Shown here: positions 49,290 to 53,428 of the stretch, in pieces
Layout: each line of letters starts with the position of its first letter
Numbering within the stretch: the first letter of the stretch is position 1
NCBI GenBank assembly: GCA_963925015.1
Contig: CAWUTX010000021.1
Span: 1 to 53,428 of the forward strand
Reading direction: 5' to 3'
Origin: an uncultured Gammaproteobacteria bacterium
GTDB taxonomy: Bacteria; Pseudomonadota; Gammaproteobacteria; SURF-13
Length of the DNA: 53,428 nt
Position numbers and translations under genes: made by a program
The notes under the pieces: generated by a model
What the model was told of the DNA's origin: nothing
Database searches by the model: none
The model's input: only the letters and a program-made list of their open reading frames with translations

Positions 49290-51017
49290 ATGGCAATATC
49301 ATCAACCAATGTGACGTTCAAGCTAGCCGGGTTGACGCGCCGTCTGGTGCTGGATGGCCTGCTCACGGAAGCTAATGCGCAACAGGCCTACGAGCAGGCG
49401 CTCAAGGCGCAAACCCCGCTCGTCTCCTGGCTGGTAGAGAAAAAAGTCCTCAGCAGCCACGCAGTGGCCAATGCGGCGTCGCAGGAATTCGGTGTGCCGT
49501 TGCTGGATATGGCCGCCGTCGATATGGAGCATGCCCCCACAGCCATGGTGGCGGAAAAGCTGGTGCGCAAGCATCATGCGCTGCCCCTCTTCAGGCGCGG
49601 CAGCCGGTTGTTTCTCGCCATGTCCGATCCCACCAATCTCCAAGCGCTGGATGAGATCAAGTTTCACGCCGGCCTCAGCACTGAAGCAGTCCTGGTGGAA
49701 GAAGACAAGCTCACCAAGGCCATCGAGAAGGCCATGGCCGCGAACGACGTATCGATGAGTTCACTGAGTGGCTTCGACGTCGATGACCTTAATCTGGAAG
49801 TCACCGGTGGCGATGAAGACCTCGCGGCTGCCGACAGCGCTGCCGCCGATATCGACGATACTCCCGTGGTGCGCTTTGTGAACAAGGTGCTGCTCGACGC
49901 GATCAATAAAGGGGCGTCCGATGTCCACTTTGAGCCCTATGAAAAAATCTACCGTGTGCGTTTCCGCCAAGACGGCGTGTTGCGCGAGGTGGCAGCGCCG
50001 CCGGTAGCCCTCGCACCCCGTCTTGCCGCGCGTCTCAAGGTGATGTCGCGGCTCGATATCTCTGAGCGCCGTGTGCCGCAGGACGGGCGCATGAAGATGC
50101 GCTTGTCCGCCACCCGCGCCATCGATTTTCGCGTCAGCAGTTGCCCTACCCTGTACGGCGAGAAGATCGTGCTGCGTATTCTGGATTCTGCCAGCGCCAA
50201 ACTCGGCATCGACGCGCTGGGCTATGAAGAGGATCAAAAAAAGCTATTCATGGATGCGATCCACCGTCCCTACGGCATGGTGCTGGTCACCGGCCCCACC
50301 GGCAGCGGCAAGACCGTATCGCTTTACACGGCGCTCAATATCCTGAACACCGAAGACCGCAACATCTCGACGTGTGAAGACCCGGTCGAAATCAATCTCG
50401 TCGGCGTCAATCAGGTCAACGTCAACCCCAGGGCGGGGCTGATGTTTGCCACGGCGCTCAAGGCCTTTCTGCGCCAGGATCCGGATGTCATCATGGTGGG
50501 CGAGATTCGTGACCTGGAAACCGCCGAGATCGCGATCAAGGCGGCGCAGACCGGCCACATGGTGCTCTCCACCCTGCACACCAACGACGCGCCACAGACC
50601 TTGAGCCGGTTGGCCAACATGGGTGTAGCGCCGTTCAATATCGCCTCGGCGGTGTCGCTCATCATCGCGCAACGTCTGGCGCGCCGCTTGTGCAACCAAT
50701 GCAAAAAACCGCTGACCATCCCGCGCGAGGCGCTGCTGGAGGAAGGCTTCAAGGAGGCCGATCTCGCCAGCATCAAGCTCTACAGCGCGGTGGGTTGTGA
50801 CCAGTGTGCCGACGGCTACAAGGGCCGCGTGGGCATCTACCAGGTGATGCCGGTGACGGAAGCCATCGGGCGCATCATCATGGAAGGCGGCAACGCGATG
50901 CATATCGCCGACCAGGCGAAAAAAGAGGGTGTCGCTGATCTGCGCGAGTCGGGGCTGAAAAAGGTGCGTCAGGGCGTTACCAGTCTGGAAGAAATAAACC
51001 GCGTTACCAATGAATAA
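49290..51017 (+). CDS. pilB: type IV pilus assembly ATPase PilB
   Basis: N-terminal T2SSE_N repeats, Walker A GPTGSGKT, Asp box, Walker B IMVGEIRD, His box, and the tetracysteine motif C..C...........C..C. Confidence 0.95.
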   Translation: MAISSTNVTFKLAGLTRRLVLDGLLTEANAQQAYEQALKAQTPLVSWLVEKKVLSSHAVANAASQEFGVPLLDMAAVDMEHAPTAMVAEKLVRKHHALPLFRRGSRLFLAMSDPTNLQALDEIKFHAGLSTEAVLVEEDKLTKAIEKAMAANDVSMSSLSGFDVDDLNLEVTGGDEDLAAADSAAADIDDTPVVRFVNKVLLDAINKGASDVHFEPYEKIYRVRFRQDGVLREVAAPPVALAPRLAARLKVMSRLDISERRVPQDGRMKMRLSATRAIDFRVSSCPTLYGEKIVLRILDSASAKLGIDALGYEEDQKKLFMDAIHRPYGMVLVTGPTGSGKTVSLYTALNILNTEDRNISTCEDPVEINLVGVNQVNVNPRAGLMFATALKAFLRQDPDVIMVGEIRDLETAEIAIKAAQTGHMVLSTLHTNDAPQTLSRLANMGVAPFNIASAVSLIIAQRLARRLCNQCKKPLTIPREALLEEGFKEADLASIKLYSAVGCDQCADGYKGRVGIYQVMPVTEAIGRIIMEGGNAMHIADQAKKEGVADLRESGLKKVRQGVTSLEEINRVTNE

Positions 51018-51022
51018 TTCTT

Positions 51023-52246
51023 ATGGCTGAAAAAACGGCGAGAAAAACGGATACCTTCGTCTGGGAGGGCACCAATAAACAGGGTGCGCGCGTCAAGGGC
51101 GAGTCGCAAGGGGCGAGTCTCACGCTGGTCAAGGCCTATCTGCGTCGGCAAGGCATCAATCCGCTCAAGGTTAAAAAGAAATCTGCGTCGCTGTTCGGGA
51201 AGCGCGGGAAGAAGATTACCGCCAAGGATATCGCCATTTTCAGTCGGCAGCTTTCGGTGATGATCTCCGCTGGCGTACCGCTGGTGCAGTCCTTCGAGAT
51301 TGTCGGGCGCGGGCATGAAAATCCCGCCATGCAGAGGCTTTTGCTCAGTATCAAGAACGACGTGGAGGGCGGCAGTTCGCTGGCCGAGGCGATGGAGAAA
51401 CATCCGCTTCAGTTCGACGAGCTTTACGTCAACCTGGTGCGCGCCGGCGAGCAGGGAGGCATACTTGATGCCTTGATGAACAAGATTGCCATGTACAAGG
51501 AAAAGACCGAAGCGATCAAGGGCAAAATCAAGAAGGCGATGTTTTATCCCACTGCGGTGCTGGTGGTGGCGTTCATCATCACTGCTATCCTGCTCATCTT
51601 CGTGATCCCGCAGTTCGAGTCGTTGTTCCAGGGCTTCGGCGCCGACCTGCCCGCGCTCACTCAAATGGTCATCAATCTCTCCGCCATTTTCCAGAAATGG
51701 TGGTGGCTGATTTTCGGCAGCCTGGGCGGCGGCGTCTACGCGCTCATCGAGGCGAAAAAGCGCTCCAAGCCGATGCAGCATTTCCTGGATCGCCTGCTGC
51801 TCAAGCTGCCGGTTATCGGTGCGATTATCAACAAGGGGACGATTGCGCGTTTTGCGCGCACGCTCTCCACCATGTTCGCCGCCGGCGTGCCGCTGGTGGA
51901 GGCGATGGAGTCGGTCGCGGGCGCCGCTGGCAATATCGTTTATTCCGACGCCATCCTGCGCATGCGTGACGAGGTCTCCACCGGCATGCAGTTGCAGCAG
52001 GCGATGCGCAACGCTAACCTGTTTCCCAGCATGGTGGTGCAGATGGTGGCCATCGGCGAGGAGGCGGGCTCGCTCGACGCCATGCTAGCGAAGGTGGCCG
52101 ATTTCTACGAGGAAGAAGTGGACAATATGGTGGATTCGCTCTCCAGCCTGCTCGAGCCCATGATCATGGCCATCCTCGGCGTGCTGGTGGGCGGCCTCGT
52201 GATCGCCATGTATCTGCCGATCTTCAAGATGGGATCAGTGGTTTGA
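51023..52246 (+). CDS. pilC: type IV pilus inner-membrane platform protein PilC
   Basis: Two T2SSF repeats (FSRQL..M..AG.PL.Q....; FARTLS.M..AGVPL.EA...) and the C-terminal LEP.......V..G..V.AMYLPIF. Confidence 0.95.
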   Translation: MAEKTARKTDTFVWEGTNKQGARVKGESQGASLTLVKAYLRRQGINPLKVKKKSASLFGKRGKKITAKDIAIFSRQLSVMISAGVPLVQSFEIVGRGHENPAMQRLLLSIKNDVEGGSSLAEAMEKHPLQFDELYVNLVRAGEQGGILDALMNKIAMYKEKTEAIKGKIKKAMFYPTAVLVVAFIITAILLIFVIPQFESLFQGFGADLPALTQMVINLSAIFQKWWWLIFGSLGGGVYALIEAKKRSKPMQHFLDRLLLKLPVIGAIINKGTIARFARTLSTMFAAGVPLVEAMESVAGAAGNIVYSDAILRMRDEVSTGMQLQQAMRNANLFPSMVVQMVAIGEEAGSLDAMLAKVADFYEEEVDNMVDSLSSLLEPMIMAILGVLVGGLVIAMYLPIFKMGSVV

Positions 52247-52257
52247 AAACAGATACA

Positions 52258-52335
52258 AGAGAAAAGAGGCAAGAGCAAAGATTTATCCTTGATAGTGCGC
52301 CGATACTTTTCTCTTTGCTCTCGCCTCTTTTCTCT
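52258..52335. repeat. 23-bp-stem hairpin between pilC and pilD
   Basis: AGAGAAAAGAGGCAAGAGCAAAG (52258-52280) pairs with CTTTGCTCTCGCCTCTTTTCTCT (52313-52335). One mismatch, 32-nt loop. It is low-GC and purine-rich. Confidence 0.85.
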
Positions 52336-52343
52336 GTGCGCCA

Positions 52344-53207
52344 GTGATCGACACCCTGCAGACGCTGCCCTGGTTCTTTAACCTGTCTATCGGTGTACTA
52401 GGCCTGATAGTCGGCAGTTTTTTGAATGTCGTCATCCATCGCTTGCCGCAGATGATGCAACGCGACTGGCATGCGCAATGCCGTGAACTTCTGGAACTGC
52501 CCGGTGAATACGCTGCACCGCGGCATTTTGGGCTCGTCGTGCCACGCTCGCGTTGCCCGCATTGCGGGCATGGCATCACGGCGCTGGAAAATATCCCGCT
52601 GCTGAGTTATCTCGCGCTCAAGGGAAAATGTTCGGCGTGCGGCGCGCGCATCTCGCCGCGTTATCCGGTGGTCGAATTGCTGACCGCTATACTTTCTGTG
52701 GCGGTCGCCGCGCATTTTGGTTTTGGCTGGGCCAGTGTGGCGGCGCTGCTGCTCACCTGGTGCTTGATTGCGCTCACCTTCATCGACCTCGATCACCAAC
52801 TGCTGCCGGACTCGATCACGTTGCCGCTGTTGTGGGGCGGTCTGCTGCTCAGTCTGGGTGGTGTGTTCGTCGACAGCCAGGCGGCGATCATCGGCGCGGC
52901 GGCGGGTTATCTCAGCCTGTGGTGGGTGTACTGGCTGTTCAAGCTGCTCACCGGCAAGGAGGGCATGGGGCAGGGCGATTTCAAACTGCTGGCGGTATTC
53001 GGCGCCTGGCTCGGCTGGCAGGCGTTGCCGCTCATCATTCTGCTCTCGTCTCTGGTGGGGGCGATGGTGGGGATTTCCCTGATGCTGTTTCGCGGCCACC
53101 AGCGTGACACCCCGATTCCGTTCGGGCCTTACCTTGCCGCCGCCGGCTGGATCGCCCTGCTCTGGGGTGAGCCGCTGATGCAGGCCTATTTGAAGCTGCT
53201 GGGCTGA
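52344..53207 (+). CDS. pilD: prepilin peptidase / N-methyltransferase PilD
   Basis: GTG start. N-terminal Cys pairs C..C ... C..C (CPHCGH, CSACG), catalytic Asp contexts (FIDLDHQLLPD; GQGDFKL). Confidence 0.94.
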   Translation: MIDTLQTLPWFFNLSIGVLGLIVGSFLNVVIHRLPQMMQRDWHAQCRELLELPGEYAAPRHFGLVVPRSRCPHCGHGITALENIPLLSYLALKGKCSACGARISPRYPVVELLTAILSVAVAAHFGFGWASVAALLLTWCLIALTFIDLDHQLLPDSITLPLLWGGLLLSLGGVFVDSQAAIIGAAAGYLSLWWVYWLFKLLTGKEGMGQGDFKLLAVFGAWLGWQALPLIILLSSLVGAMVGISLMLFRGHQRDTPIPFGPYLAAAGWIALLWGEPLMQAYLKLLG

Positions 53208-53428
53208 ATGTATCGCGTCGGCCTCACCGGCGGCATCGGCAGCGGCAAGTCCACGGTCGCGCATTATTTCAGTGCGCTGGGCGTGCCGGTGATCGACGCC
53301 GACGACATCGCGCACGAGCTGGTGGTGCCGGGCGCGCCTGCGCTGGCGCGTATCACGCAGGTGTTCGGGGGCGAGGTGCTGGAGGCGGGTGGCGCACTGA
53401 ACCGTGCCGCGCTGCGCCGCATCGTGTT
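53208..53428 (+). CDS. coaE: dephospho-CoA kinase (3' end off window)
   Basis: ATG immediately after the pilD stop. The translation is [37 protein letters not shown]. It is not in the ORF track because there is no stop in the window. pilD-coaE synteny is standard. Confidence 0.9.
   Translation, partial: MYRVGLTGGIGSGKSTVAHYFSALGVPVIDADDIAHELVVPGAPALARITQVFGGEVLEAGGALNRAALRRIV

Overview
High-GC (by eye about 60-65%) proteobacterial chromosome segment, gammaproteobacterium-like in synteny. It is mostly core housekeeping genes: trkH, ttcA, qmcA-ybbJ, rsmE, hemF, msrA, rng-yhdP, lepA-lepB-rnc-era-recO-pdxJ-acpS, cysM, rlmD, fabAB, purL, bamC-dapA and pilBCD-coaE. It also carries two MacAB-like ABC efflux clusters, one of them with a TolC-family gene. 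I found no rRNA, tRNA or CRISPR array. There are two visibly lower-GC accessory patches. (1) 22.6-28.7 kb, between the ABC permease and lepA: a truncated HEPN-like ORF, a decayed IS3-family element that itself carries a decayed IS30-family element, a frameshifted and truncated DUF5996 gene, and an intact egtD-egtB ergothioneine pair. (2) 38.4-43.1 kb, between rlmD and purL: a REP-associated tyrosine transposase (RAYT) with flanking REPs, fabA-fabB bracketed by a second internally deleted RAYT/REP copy, a vapBC-type toxin-antitoxin pair, a LuxR-HTH fragment next to a solo IS3 inverted repeat, and an orphan secreted protein. I do not see a complete, convincing novel multi-gene system. The most unusual signal is the dense small-repeat biology. 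A ~55-bp module is inserted in frame inside rsmE and nested in MITEs. There are two MITE families with clear terminal inverted repeats. A hairpin plus G-rich REP composite is present twice, with compensatory stem changes between the copies. All family assignments come from motif and alignment recall, not database searches.
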